Under the pieces are notes generated by a model that worked only from the letters and a program-made list of their open reading frames with translations, ran no database searches and was not told the origin of the DNA. Of a stretch of 64,000 nucleotides of DNA, positions 1 to 9,363 are shown piece after piece. The position numbers and the translations under genes were made by a program. This DNA is from an uncultured Chloroflexia bacterium (GTDB lineage Bacteria; Chloroflexota; Dehalococcoidia; Dehalococcoidales; RBG-16-60-22). Position 1 is the first letter of the stretch. Each line of letters starts with the position of its first letter. The DNA lies in NCBI GenBank assembly GCA_963727315.1, contig CAVSFE010000002.1:50289-114288 (forward strand), in the 5' to 3' direction.

Positions 1-1758
1 CCTGACATCGTGTAGATCTGTCCAGGCCTGGTTCATCTGGTACTCTATCTTGACAGAGACCAGCGTATTCGTGTTTTGATTATAGATTGGGGTGATGCTG
101 AAACTATTGAGTTCCAGCCCGGGTACCTCGGGGGCCGCGGTTGGTGCTGGCGATGGGTTCGACGGGTTGACCTCGAGTACCCCCTCCAGACCGCCAATGC
201 TGATTCTGTGCTCTCCGGCGGTATTGGTGGTGAAGCTGAAGCTCGCCGTCATGCTGCTGCCTCCGTCGAGGATTACTTCTCGTGTTTCCAGAATGACATC
301 ATCCATAGATAGCGTTAGCGGATAAGTCCCTGCCAGATCGCCGGTATTTTTAATTAACACGCTGATATTGGCTTTCTCTCCGGTATTGATGGAACCCGGG
401 TCTATCTCGAGTTCGCTGAACGTGAAAGCCGCCGAGGCTGGCTGTTTCTTCACAACGAAGGTCGCTGCCAGACCCCCGATGCTGACCCGGTGTTCGCCGA
501 TAGTGTCCGGGACAATATTAAAAACAATCGTTTCGCTTTCACCGCCATTTAAAGTTATGGTCCTTTCTTGCACGACAGAGTTATCCAGCATCAGACTGGC
601 GAGATAAGTTCCGGTAAGGTCACCCTGGTTTCTTACCTCGATACTGGCAGTTACGGTCTCGCCGGTATTGACCTCATCCGGTGTTAAAACGAAATTCGTG
701 GTGATTAGACTGGCGGGACGGTTATGGGCCATAAGGGCATAGGTCGAAAGGTGATTTATCAGTATGGAAACAGTGCCGGCATCCGTATCGACAGTGCCGC
801 CCAGGTCCGTCCAGGTCATGGCAGCGGGGTCCCATAATGCAATATAGAGATTGTTTGCGGAAACATCGGACGGAAGCTCCGCATTGGAATATCTGAAAAC
901 AAGATTAGCCGACCCGTTAAAGGTAGCGCCACCCGGTTCAATCTCGTATAATTGACTGATCAATACAGAGCCGTAATTGGCGGCCCGATTTTCATCTATC
1001 GGTGCGATATTCAGGCTGGTCAATGCCCGGCCGTATTTGTTCCTGACGATAGTGCCTTTAGCTATACGAAGCTCTACCTGTAAATCGGTATCCGCAGCGA
1101 TTATATCGTCAAGCATCTGCCCGTCGTTATCAGTGAGTCCGCGTAGATTGGTGGTCCCGCCCGCTACGCCGCCTCCACCGCCGCCTCCACCGCCACCTAT
1201 ATCATTTCCTCCAGATGGAGGAGGGGCCGGGGTAGTAGCTGAAATATCAATGGTAACGTTAATAGCACTTACCGGAACGGACTGGCTGTCCACGTCCCCG
1301 ACGACAACGTTTGATAGCGTTAATGGACTGCTGCCCCCGGTGCTCCCGGCCGTCATCGTGATGACCGCGAATGTCCCCGCCTGGGCTACCGTCTGCCCGG
1401 GGCTGATAATCGCCCCAAAAACGCCAGTAACGGTACCGTCTACGTTATTTATCTCGCCACTATTGAAGTAGGTGCTGGCGCCGCTCTGGTTTAGCAAATT
1501 TCCTTCGGCGATACTTTCCATGGTGACTATAGCCGGGTTGAAGCTCAGGTCAAACTGTATACCGGCGATGGCGTTGTTGGGCACGACGCTGATGCCGATG
1601 GTGAACTGTTCTCCCGGGTCGATGGCACCGGCCGGGACTGAAACGCTGACCACAGCGTTACCTGAGGCGGTAGCTACGCCGGCGAGAAGCATCACCAGAG
1701 AAATGACCAGGAAGATAGTCAGCGTTCTCAAATATCTGGAAACATCTTTACTTCTCAT
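1..1758 (-). CDS. Secreted cohesin-domain surface protein with Pro/Gly linker and two CARDB/Ig-like repeats (3' end runs off window; absent from ORF track)
   Basis: Manual translation from ATG at 1758: MRSKDVSRYLRTLTIFLVISLVMLLAGVATASG (signal peptide), cohesin-like GEQFTIGISVVPNNAIAGIQFDLSFNP...EGNLLNQ, PAPPPSGG/poly-Gly linker, then repeats GETVTASIEVRNQGDLTG and GEKANISVLIKNTGDLAG; open to base 1. Confidence 0.85.
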   Translation of the reverse strand, partial: MRSKDVSRYLRTLTIFLVISLVMLLAGVATASGNAVVSVSVPAGAIDPGEQFTIGISVVPNNAIAGIQFDLSFNPAIVTMESIAEGNLLNQSGASTYFNSGEINNVDGTVTGVFGAIISPGQTVAQAGTFAVITMTAGSTGGSSPLTLSNVVVGDVDSQSVPVSAINVTIDISATTPAPPPSGGNDIGGGGGGGGGGVAGGTTNLRGLTDNDGQMLDDIIAADTDLQVELRIAKGTIVRNKYGRALTSLNIAPIDENRAANYGSVLISQLYEIEPGGATFNGSANLVFRYSNAELPSDVSANNLYIALWDPAAMTWTDLGGTVDTDAGTVSILINHLSTYALMAHNRPASLITTNFVLTPDEVNTGETVTASIEVRNQGDLTGTYLASLMLDNSVVQERTITLNGGESETIVFNIVPDTIGEHRVSIGGLAATFVVKKQPASAAFTFSELEIDPGSINTGEKANISVLIKNTGDLAGTYPLTLSMDDVILETREVILDGGSSMTASFSFTTNTAGEHRISIGGLEGVLEVNPSNPSPAPTAAPEVPGLELNSFSITPIYNQNTNTLVSVKIEYQMNQAWTDLHDVR

Positions 1759-1767
1759 TTTCGGTTC

Positions 1768-2727
1768 CTAACCCGTCCAGTTCTGTCCGATTAGAATGAC
1801 ATCAAGTACGTTAACCGTTCCATTTTCGTTGATATCTTCGGTAATCCATCCATTCGTGCCGGTCGCATTCCAGTGCTGGGTGACCGTTATTATGTCAAGT
1901 ACATTCACTTTTCCGTCGCCGTTGACATCCGTCTGGTAGACATTATTTACGGTTATGGTAATGTCCTCGGTATCATTCGCGCTGTTAGCGGATACTACGA
2001 AGTGCACGTTGTGATAGCTCCCTGCCTGACGGTAAGATGGCATCCAGGTGAATGTCTTCGTGGCGGGGTTAAAAGTTGCTCCGCTGGGCATACCGGAAGC
2101 TGAGTATGTCAAGGGGTCTCCGTCGGGGTCGTTAGCCGATACGGTGAAGGTAAGTGTTGTCCCTTCGTTGACCGTCTTATTGCCGATGTTGGCAAGTACT
2201 GGCGGTCGGTCCACATTAACGGTGCCGTTATTCACGGTTACAGGTACGGAATTGCCTGCCACGTCCCCGACGACTACATACGATAGCGTTAATGGGCAAC
2301 TGCCCCCGGCGCTCCCGGCCCTCATCGTGATGACCGCGAATGTCCCCGCCTGGGCTACCGTCTGCCCCGGACTTATTATCACCCCGAACACTCCGGTGAT
2401 GGTCCCGGCTATGTTATCTATCTGGCCGGCATTAAAGTAGGTGCTGGCGCCGCCCTGGTTCAGCAAATTTCCTTCCGTAACGTTGTCTACGGTGATAATA
2501 TTGGGATTATAACTCAGGTTAAATTGCATACCGGCGATGGCATTATTGGGCGTGACGTTTATGCCGATGGTGCACTGTTGCCCGGGGACAATGGCGCCGG
2601 CCGGGACTGAAACGCTGACAACGGCGTTGCCCGCGGCGTAGGCTAGACCGGGGAGAAGAATCACCAGAGAAATGACCAGAAAGATAGCCAGTGTTCTTAA
2701 ATATCTTAAGACATTTTTACTTCTCAT
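1768..2727 (-). CDS. Secreted cohesin + Ig/cadherin-like + dockerin protein (adaptor-scaffoldin-like)
   Basis: Signal peptide; cohesin-like AGMQFNLSYNP; Ig-like NEGTTLTFTVSANDPDGDPLTYSASGMPSGATF; C-terminal duplicated Ca-loop DVNGDGKVNVLD...DINENGTVNVLD. Confidence 0.85.
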   Translation of the reverse strand: MRSKNVLRYLRTLAIFLVISLVILLPGLAYAAGNAVVSVSVPAGAIVPGQQCTIGINVTPNNAIAGMQFNLSYNPNIITVDNVTEGNLLNQGGASTYFNAGQIDNIAGTITGVFGVIISPGQTVAQAGTFAVITMRAGSAGGSCPLTLSYVVVGDVAGNSVPVTVNNGTVNVDRPPVLANIGNKTVNEGTTLTFTVSANDPDGDPLTYSASGMPSGATFNPATKTFTWMPSYRQAGSYHNVHFVVSANSANDTEDITITVNNVYQTDVNGDGKVNVLDIITVTQHWNATGTNGWITEDINENGTVNVLDVILIGQNWTG

Positions 2728-2736
2728 TTTTCTCTC

Positions 2737-5457
2737 CTATACTGTCCAGTTCCGTACGACGGAAGCGATATCCAGTATGTTGATAATGCCGTCCTTATTG
2801 ACGTCTTCCGTAATCCAGCCATTCGCGCCGGTTTCACCCCAATGCTGGGCGATACTTATTATGTCAAGTATATTGACTATTCCATCACCGTTGATATCGG
2901 GATCTCCGATTGGCTGGTCGGAGGCTCCCGAACCGACTGGAACCAGCAGATACTTAGGGTCGTGCCAGACGAAGGGGGGTATCCCAACAAACCAGAAATA
3001 GTTGTAAGTATTGTTGTTGTTCAGCGTCAGTTTCCAAAGACCAGCTACAGGGTGGGTTATGGTGCTTTGCCCGGATGTGTTAAATAGGAAATTATGGTCT
3101 ACATTGTTAGGATCGGTGAGCCTACCGCTCATCGCCAGAATACCGTTACCTTGGAAGGTGAAATTGTCAGTTCCCGCAGGCACGTAGAAATACTGGACAT
3201 TGGCTCTATATTCCCAAGGCGCATTATAACCTACAGCATCACTCTCAACATTAAGAAGATTACCATGACCATCAGCAATTATTGAAGCAGGTCTATTGGG
3301 AACATCAATATAGACCTGTCTGTTATTTTCTGGCACGTTAGAAGTAGCATGGAGAATATAGTTGCCCGCGATGGTAGCCGTAAAGTTCACGGAAATCCAA
3401 TCCGTGACGCCATCATGGGAGTAAGTCCCGACGAGCATGTTGCCCGGGTCATACATTTGTAGATAGACATTCGGGGTCCCCTCGTATTCCACGGTCTTAA
3501 TTCTTATGGTGATGGTCTCGTTGCCGTTTGATGGTATAAGGATGTCGCGGTTGTTGCCAAAGAGCGGTGTAACGCTCGCTGTCACGTTGTCGCCGAGGGC
3601 CTGCAAGCTGATTGTCCTGGGGTTCACCCAGTCAAGACCCCAGCCGTCGCTGGCAAATTCTGTCACTCCCTCATTCAGCCAGTCCTCCGTCTCTCCCACA
3701 CTCGGCGCATTAAAGTCCTGAAGGGCATCGACTTGGCTCTTGGAATAACCCCTGCTATACAACTCTTCCCGCAGGGCATCCTCAACATAGTAATAGGCTA
3801 CCATATAGGTGTCTCGAATTTTACAGTTGAATGTGTAGAAGTCCTGAAGGTCAGAGTTGCTTAGATTATCAATCCCAATATTGTGCCATTTCCAAACATA
3901 ACGTGTGTAGTATTCCAGTTGCCTAATTCTTGCAAGAATAGCATTGTCACCAGCAGCTAGAGTCTCGGCAGACTGCAAATCTCTATACATCTTACCTAGA
4001 GAATCATTGTCGGTATTACGCTGCTCATACCAATGCTGCATGACCGTAGAAGCAGCCCCGAAAGCCTTGGTATAAAAGTCATCTAATAGGTCACTAATGC
4101 TGAGGCTTGAATCCCAATACAGTTTTGTAAGGAGGTAATACATGAGACCACCAGAACCACCCCAGCTGTCTGTACCTTCGCCAACAACAGAGACTATCCC
4201 CTTGTTGTAGCACCACTTGACGAAATTGAGGCAGTCCCAGCCTACTCCCATCATCTGACTGGTTGGAGCGTCCTCTTCGGGATACCACAGGTCTAGGTAG
4301 TCATAGACCCCGACTTTGACGCCCTTTCCAAGAAATTCATCCACCCTCTGGGTATCGGTGAGGTTGCTACAGTTGAAGCCGCGGGTTATAACGACGAAGA
4401 CATTGGGTTTGAGAGAGAATGATGGCACGGCAGATGAACCTTCATAGGCTAGGACGCCCACATATTTCCCGGGGTAATCCCCGCTTATGTTGTTGGCCAC
4501 ATAATTCACCAAGCCAAAAATGTTGTCGGTGATGTCCTGAACATCCGTCAATGGATAGAACCCGTCCATGCCGCCATCATTAGGAGATATTGGCACGACC
4601 GCAGCCCATAAGTCGTCGTTAAACTGATAACTCTTTCCTACTATGTTAGCTAAGTAATACCTTGCATAATCAACTGCCATAGCTCTTACACCAGCATTGC
4701 TACCGTCAAACTGCCAGTATGATATACCTCGTCCATTCTGCAAGAAATAACTAGGATGTGCATTATAGTAGGCTGTCTTTTGTTCGTCTGTCATCGAATA
4801 CCAACCGACGGCATGGTTAAGAATTTCACCGTAGCTATGGGATGTTGAGTAGGTCTCTGCTCCGTAGCCGCGATTATGCGTTATCCAGTTTTTAAAGGCA
4901 GTTGACCCGCCAGGGATATAAGTATCTTGCGGGCTCAAGCCTCCATATTGGCGCCAAGCGAAATCGGGTTCAACAATGATGTCTGTGCTTTCTAAAGAAG
5001 CCAAGCTATCAGGAACCACCGTCCAGGCGCTATTTTTAAAGAACCATCGCACACCAAGCTTTTCATCAAGCAGGTAATAAGCCCCCCATCTTACCGCTAT
5101 AGCCGTCTTGCCTGTAATTGTAATCCCATTACTATCAATAACAAGACGAAAAGCCTCATCGCCATGATTGGCCAACATGGCAGGATTAACCGTTAGATTG
5201 ATAGATGGGGGTGTTGGAGTAGATGTAACCACCGTCCATGAACGTCCCGACATTTTCTCTAGGTATGTCTCAAGCTCACTGGCTGCCGTTTCCAGGAAGG
5301 GATTATCAACGTCTTCTTGGGCAGGATTATAATAAATGGTATTGATGGCGTCCCAGCCCACCCCATTATCAGCTCTGGCAGTAGGAATTTTCATAAATGA
5401 TGGGCTAATTGTGAATAACATCATAAATATAATGAACAGACTGGCTATCTGCCTCAT
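2737..5457 (-). CDS. Secreted glycoside-hydrolase-like protein (GH20/GH67 N-terminal-like + DUF4838-like) with C-terminal dockerin
   Basis: Likely start ATG 5457 (AAGGAG RBS, signal peptide MRQIASLFIIFMMLF); AASELETYLEKMSG...EAFRL...GAYYLLDEKLGVRWF...PDFAWR; C-terminal DINGDGIVNILD...DVNKDGIINILD. Confidence 0.75.
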   Translation of the reverse strand: MRQIASLFIIFMMLFTISPSFMKIPTARADNGVGWDAINTIYYNPAQEDVDNPFLETAASELETYLEKMSGRSWTVVTSTPTPPSINLTVNPAMLANHGDEAFRLVIDSNGITITGKTAIAVRWGAYYLLDEKLGVRWFFKNSAWTVVPDSLASLESTDIIVEPDFAWRQYGGLSPQDTYIPGGSTAFKNWITHNRGYGAETYSTSHSYGEILNHAVGWYSMTDEQKTAYYNAHPSYFLQNGRGISYWQFDGSNAGVRAMAVDYARYYLANIVGKSYQFNDDLWAAVVPISPNDGGMDGFYPLTDVQDITDNIFGLVNYVANNISGDYPGKYVGVLAYEGSSAVPSFSLKPNVFVVITRGFNCSNLTDTQRVDEFLGKGVKVGVYDYLDLWYPEEDAPTSQMMGVGWDCLNFVKWCYNKGIVSVVGEGTDSWGGSGGLMYYLLTKLYWDSSLSISDLLDDFYTKAFGAASTVMQHWYEQRNTDNDSLGKMYRDLQSAETLAAGDNAILARIRQLEYYTRYVWKWHNIGIDNLSNSDLQDFYTFNCKIRDTYMVAYYYVEDALREELYSRGYSKSQVDALQDFNAPSVGETEDWLNEGVTEFASDGWGLDWVNPRTISLQALGDNVTASVTPLFGNNRDILIPSNGNETITIRIKTVEYEGTPNVYLQMYDPGNMLVGTYSHDGVTDWISVNFTATIAGNYILHATSNVPENNRQVYIDVPNRPASIIADGHGNLLNVESDAVGYNAPWEYRANVQYFYVPAGTDNFTFQGNGILAMSGRLTDPNNVDHNFLFNTSGQSTITHPVAGLWKLTLNNNNTYNYFWFVGIPPFVWHDPKYLLVPVGSGASDQPIGDPDINGDGIVNILDIISIAQHWGETGANGWITEDVNKDGIINILDIASVVRNWTV

Positions 5458-5835
5458 GAATAGCCATTCTCCTTGTAGGATCGTGTTTGATTTCACCTTT
5501 ATGGCTTGATTATCCTCGGGCATATGCTCCCTTTTAACAAAGTGAACTTCATACAATCAAATCCATCATTGACAAAGATCATGACGGAACCCATAAAACT
5601 AATATAACATCAGATGGAACTTAAAAAAATAGCCTATTGGTAACAGAGAAAGGAGTCATATCAAGATGCATTGTGTGCTAATTTGAGTTAGAATGGAGGA
5701 TGGTAAAGGCCTAATTAGATTGAGTAAGAAGAGAGGTATTTATGGTTATTCATATAGACGTTAGTCCTAGTTCTCTCTAATTACCGGGATAGTTTACCAT
5801 TAAAAATTTCTGCCGGATATAGTATATACTACGTT

Positions 5836-6228
5836 ATGAAAAAATTACAAATAAGAACCCTTTTATGGGTTTTATGGACGTTGATTCTCTTTGTTGTGTT
5901 ATTTTTGCCTATTAGGGAGAGTCTCATTCCCAAATGGGGAGGTTTCCCATACTGGGACAAAGTTATTCATTTCGGTCTTTTTGCCGTTACTGGTTTCGTC
6001 AGCGTTTTTGGAGCTAGCTTCCTCTCGTCGTTCGTAGCCAGACTACTGTTCGGGCTCGTCTTCGGTTTAGCGTTGGCGGCGGTAACGGAACTTGGGCAAT
6101 ATTTAATACCTTCTCGCGACCCTGACCTTTATGACTTTTTCGCTGACCTCGCTGGACTTTTTTTCGGCTTACTAGTTTATACTGTATTTTTCTTTTATAA
6201 TAAACTCCATTCCAGGCCGGGACTATAA
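5836..6228 (+). CDS. VanZ-family membrane protein
   Basis: DKVIHFGLFA and TELGQYLIPSR...DFFADLAG motifs; hydrophobic helices. Confidence 0.85.
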   Translation: MKKLQIRTLLWVLWTLILFVVLFLPIRESLIPKWGGFPYWDKVIHFGLFAVTGFVSVFGASFLSSFVARLLFGLVFGLALAAVTELGQYLIPSRDPDLYDFFADLAGLFFGLLVYTVFFFYNKLHSRPGL

Positions 6229-6329
6229 AATCTTCGCCGTTTCTATTACTTTAAGATAAATATTGATAATTGTTGATAATAAAATATTAGGGAAATGGTG
6301 AGAAAATCCCGGATAATAGATTGAATCAT

Positions 6330-6385
6330 TTCTAACCGTATGTTAACCTTGATTATACCCATTCCTAACGAGAAATACCTAGAAT
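6330..6385 (+). promoter_or_regulatory. Four 11-bp-period repeats plus -10 box upstream of the ACP operon
   Basis: TTCTAAC 6330, TGTTAAC 6341, ATTATAC 6352, TCCTAAC 6363, then 10 bp, then TAGAAT 6380-6385. Confidence 0.7.
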
Positions 6386-6481
6386 ACGATTGGGCGATAG
6401 TAAAATAATATCTTAATATTGACGCCGCCATTAGCGTTATCATGTGATATTATCAATAACAAGTAATCACTTAAAGAGAAC

Positions 6482-6739
6482 ATGGACACGAGAAGCCTGA
6501 TTAAGACTTTCGTCATTAATAATTTTCTAAAGGGAGATAAATCAAACAGTCTCCGTGACGATAGTCTCTTTATCGAGGAAGAAATTATCGACTCCGTGGG
6601 AGTTTTGGAGCTTGTAGCTTTCATTGAAGAAACATTTGATTTCAGAGTAGAGGATGAAGAATTGGTCCCGGAGAACCTTGATTCAATTGACAGATTGGTG
6701 ACTTATGTGGAGTCAAAATTGGCCGCTCTTGGGTCGTAA
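6482..6739 (+). CDS. Acyl/aminoacyl carrier protein
   Basis: Acidic 85 aa with IIDSVGVLELVAFIEETF phosphopantetheine site and ELVPENLDSI. Confidence 0.9.
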   Translation: MDTRSLIKTFVINNFLKGDKSNSLRDDSLFIEEEIIDSVGVLELVAFIEETFDFRVEDEELVPENLDSIDRLVTYVESKLAALGS

Positions 6740-6768
6740 TATTTTATTAGCTGTGCGATTCTTTTAAT

Positions 6769-8325
6769 ATGTTGCTTAATGAATTTTTAGAAAAAAGCGC
6801 CGATCTGTACCCTCATAAGGTAGCATTGGTCTGTCGTAACCAGAAACTCACATACGTTGAGATTAACAACGCGGCCAATTCTCTGAGTAACGCTTTGAAA
6901 GCTGAAGGTTTTCTGGGCCAAGACAGGGCCGTCGTATATCTTGACAATTCCTTAGAATCGGTTGTTTCTCTCTTCGGGATACTGAAATCTGGTGGTGTCT
7001 TCGTGATAGTTGATCCGCAGGTCAAGACAAAAAAACTGGAATACTTGTTGGAAAACTGCAAAGCTCGGGTGCTTATAACCGATACCGAACATTTTAGAAA
7101 CGTATCTGAAGTTGCATCAGGTTTACGCAATCTTAAAACTATTATCCTCACTGACTATGAAAAAGAGCCTACGATAAACGAACTGATTTTCGGGCCAAAG
7201 TTATTATCTTACCAGACGTTATTGGAGGAATTTCCTGCCACCCACACCATGCCGTCCTGTATCGATATTGATTTAGCAAGCCTGATATACACCTCCGGTT
7301 CCAGCGGCAATCCTAAAGGAGTGATGCTAACCCATCTGAACATGGTTTCAGCTGCCACTTCTATTATTCAATACCTGGAAAATACCAGTGATGATATTAT
7401 TCTCGATGCTCTGCCGCTGGCATTTGATTACGGCCTATACCAGGTACTTATGGCATTCAAGTTTGGCGGCACGGTAATTTTGGAAAAAGCTTTCGTCTAT
7501 CCGCAACAAATTCTTAATACTATAGTCAGCGAAAAGGTGACCGGTTGGCCGATTGTTCCGACAATTGCCGCAATTCTCGTAAAACTCAAGAACCTTGACA
7601 AACACGATTTTTCCAACCTGAGGTACATTACCAGCACCGGTCAGGCTCTACCGCCAGCACATAGCGCCTATCTGAGGAAGGCATTCCCTAGAGTTAGAAT
7701 ATTCTCCATGTATGGCTTGACTGAATGTAAGAGGGTTTCCTATTTGCCCCCAGGCGAAATGGAAAAAAGACCGGACTCCGTCGGGAAAGCTATACCCAAT
7801 ACGGAGGCTTATATTGTTGATGAAAATGGCGAAGACATAACGGAAGCAGGAAAACCTGGTGAGCTCGTCGTGAGGGGGGCCAATATCATGAAGGGCTATT
7901 GGGACCTCCCCGAAGAGACAGCGAAGGCCCTGCGCCCGGGACCCTATCCCGACGAGAAAGTCCTTTATACCGGCGACCTTTTTTATCAGGATAAAGAGGG
8001 TTATCTCTATTTCCTTGGTCGTAAAGACGATATCATCAAGACGGCTGGATACATGGTAAGCCCTAAAGAGGTGGAGAATGTTTTGTGCCAAAGGGAAGAT
8101 GTAGTTGAGTCCGCCGTGATCGGGATAGAGGATGAATTATTGGGGAAGGCAATAAAAGCCTACGTACATCTGGTTGATACATCTCAGGCCACCGAAGACG
8201 ACATCATTAAGTTCTGTTCAGAACATCTGGAAAACTATGCCGTGCCTAAAATCGTGGATTTTTGCCAGGCTCTGCCTAAGACAATTAATGGAAAAATCAT
8301 CAAGCGAGAATTGCCATTAAAATGA
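6769..8325 (+). CDS. AMP-dependent acyl/aminoacyl ligase (ANL superfamily)
   Basis: YTSGSSGNPKG, MYGLTE, YTGD, GRKDDIIK, LPKTINGKI motifs. Confidence 0.92.
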   Translation: MLLNEFLEKSADLYPHKVALVCRNQKLTYVEINNAANSLSNALKAEGFLGQDRAVVYLDNSLESVVSLFGILKSGGVFVIVDPQVKTKKLEYLLENCKARVLITDTEHFRNVSEVASGLRNLKTIILTDYEKEPTINELIFGPKLLSYQTLLEEFPATHTMPSCIDIDLASLIYTSGSSGNPKGVMLTHLNMVSAATSIIQYLENTSDDIILDALPLAFDYGLYQVLMAFKFGGTVILEKAFVYPQQILNTIVSEKVTGWPIVPTIAAILVKLKNLDKHDFSNLRYITSTGQALPPAHSAYLRKAFPRVRIFSMYGLTECKRVSYLPPGEMEKRPDSVGKAIPNTEAYIVDENGEDITEAGKPGELVVRGANIMKGYWDLPEETAKALRPGPYPDEKVLYTGDLFYQDKEGYLYFLGRKDDIIKTAGYMVSPKEVENVLCQREDVVESAVIGIEDELLGKAIKAYVHLVDTSQATEDDIIKFCSEHLENYAVPKIVDFCQALPKTINGKIIKRELPLK

Positions 8326-8339
8326 TGTAAGAAAGAAAA

Positions 8340-9314
8340 ATGGCGTTTCACAAAGATATCCTAAGGATTGATGTCGTTGCCGAAACAGACCGCATATGCA
8401 GCTTTATCCGGCAACAGGCTAGTGCTATGAAGCGCGTCGGAGCTGTAGTAGGTATCAGTGGCGGCGTTGACTCTGCGGTGGCGGTCGCACTTTGCGTTAA
8501 AGCGCTTGGCGGGAAGAACGTGCTGGGGCTGATCCTTCCAGAGAAAGAATCAAGCCCAGTGTCGGCAGAATACGCCTCGAGGTATGCTAAAAAATTGGGC
8601 ATAAATACTTTAATCATTAACATCACTACCACTCTTGATGGGTTAGGGACCTATCAAAACAGGGATGGGTTTATCCGTAGAGTCTTTCCTGAATATACCG
8701 GCCGTTATAAATCAAAAATCACTTTGCCCGCTAATTTGCTTTCGCGGGATGCTTTGAATGTTTTTATGCTGAGAATTGAAGACGACAAAGGTAATATCAG
8801 GTCCGCCCGCCTCGATAGCGGTAATACGCGCGGTATCGTCGCCGCCATGAATACTAAGCAGAGGACTAGGATGATACACCTTTACTTCCAGGCTGAGATG
8901 AATAATTATCTGGTCTGCGGTACCACCAACCGGTCGGAAAACGTCCAAGGATACTTTGTGAAGTACGGGGATGGCGGTGTGGATGTAGAGCCGCTAGTTC
9001 ACCTGTATAAAATGCAGGTTTACCAGCTTGCTCGTTATTTGGGAGTAATTATGGAGATTATTGATAGAGTGCCGACCCCAGATACTTATAGTTTAATGCA
9101 ATCTGATGAAGAGTTCTATTTCCGCATGCCTTATGAAAAACTTGACCTCCTGCTATATGCCTGGGAAAATAATATCCCTCTCGAAGAGGTATGCCAAGTT
9201 ATGAATCTAACGGACGAGCAGGTCAAGCGGGTTTTTAGAGATTTTAATTCCAAGGCTAACGCCACAAGGCATCTGCATACAATGCCACCGACGCTTAACC
9301 TGGTGACACCATAG
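8340..9314 (+). CDS. NH3-dependent NAD+ synthetase-like (NadE-family) protein
   Basis: GISGGVDS PP-loop, KQRTRM, GTTNRSE, GYFVKYGDG; embedded in ACP/ligase cassette so function may differ from NAD synthesis. Confidence 0.8.
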   Translation: MAFHKDILRIDVVAETDRICSFIRQQASAMKRVGAVVGISGGVDSAVAVALCVKALGGKNVLGLILPEKESSPVSAEYASRYAKKLGINTLIINITTTLDGLGTYQNRDGFIRRVFPEYTGRYKSKITLPANLLSRDALNVFMLRIEDDKGNIRSARLDSGNTRGIVAAMNTKQRTRMIHLYFQAEMNNYLVCGTTNRSENVQGYFVKYGDGGVDVEPLVHLYKMQVYQLARYLGVIMEIIDRVPTPDTYSLMQSDEEFYFRMPYEKLDLLLYAWENNIPLEEVCQVMNLTDEQVKRVFRDFNSKANATRHLHTMPPTLNLVTP

Positions 9315-9363
9315 AATAATCGCGATAATAAGTTGACCATAATATGAAACGAGGAGAGGCAGA

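Noticed and set aside
1168-1197. CCGCCTCCA-type short tandem repeat as a contingency locus
   Set aside because: In-frame codon repeat encoding a poly-Gly linker on the minus strand.
5640-5830. Regulon repeat array upstream of the cohesin operon or vanZ
   Set aside because: Isolated GTTAGAA (5687) and TTCTGCC (5808, 10 bp before TATACT) are present, but no clean four-repeat 11-bp phasing, so they were not counted.
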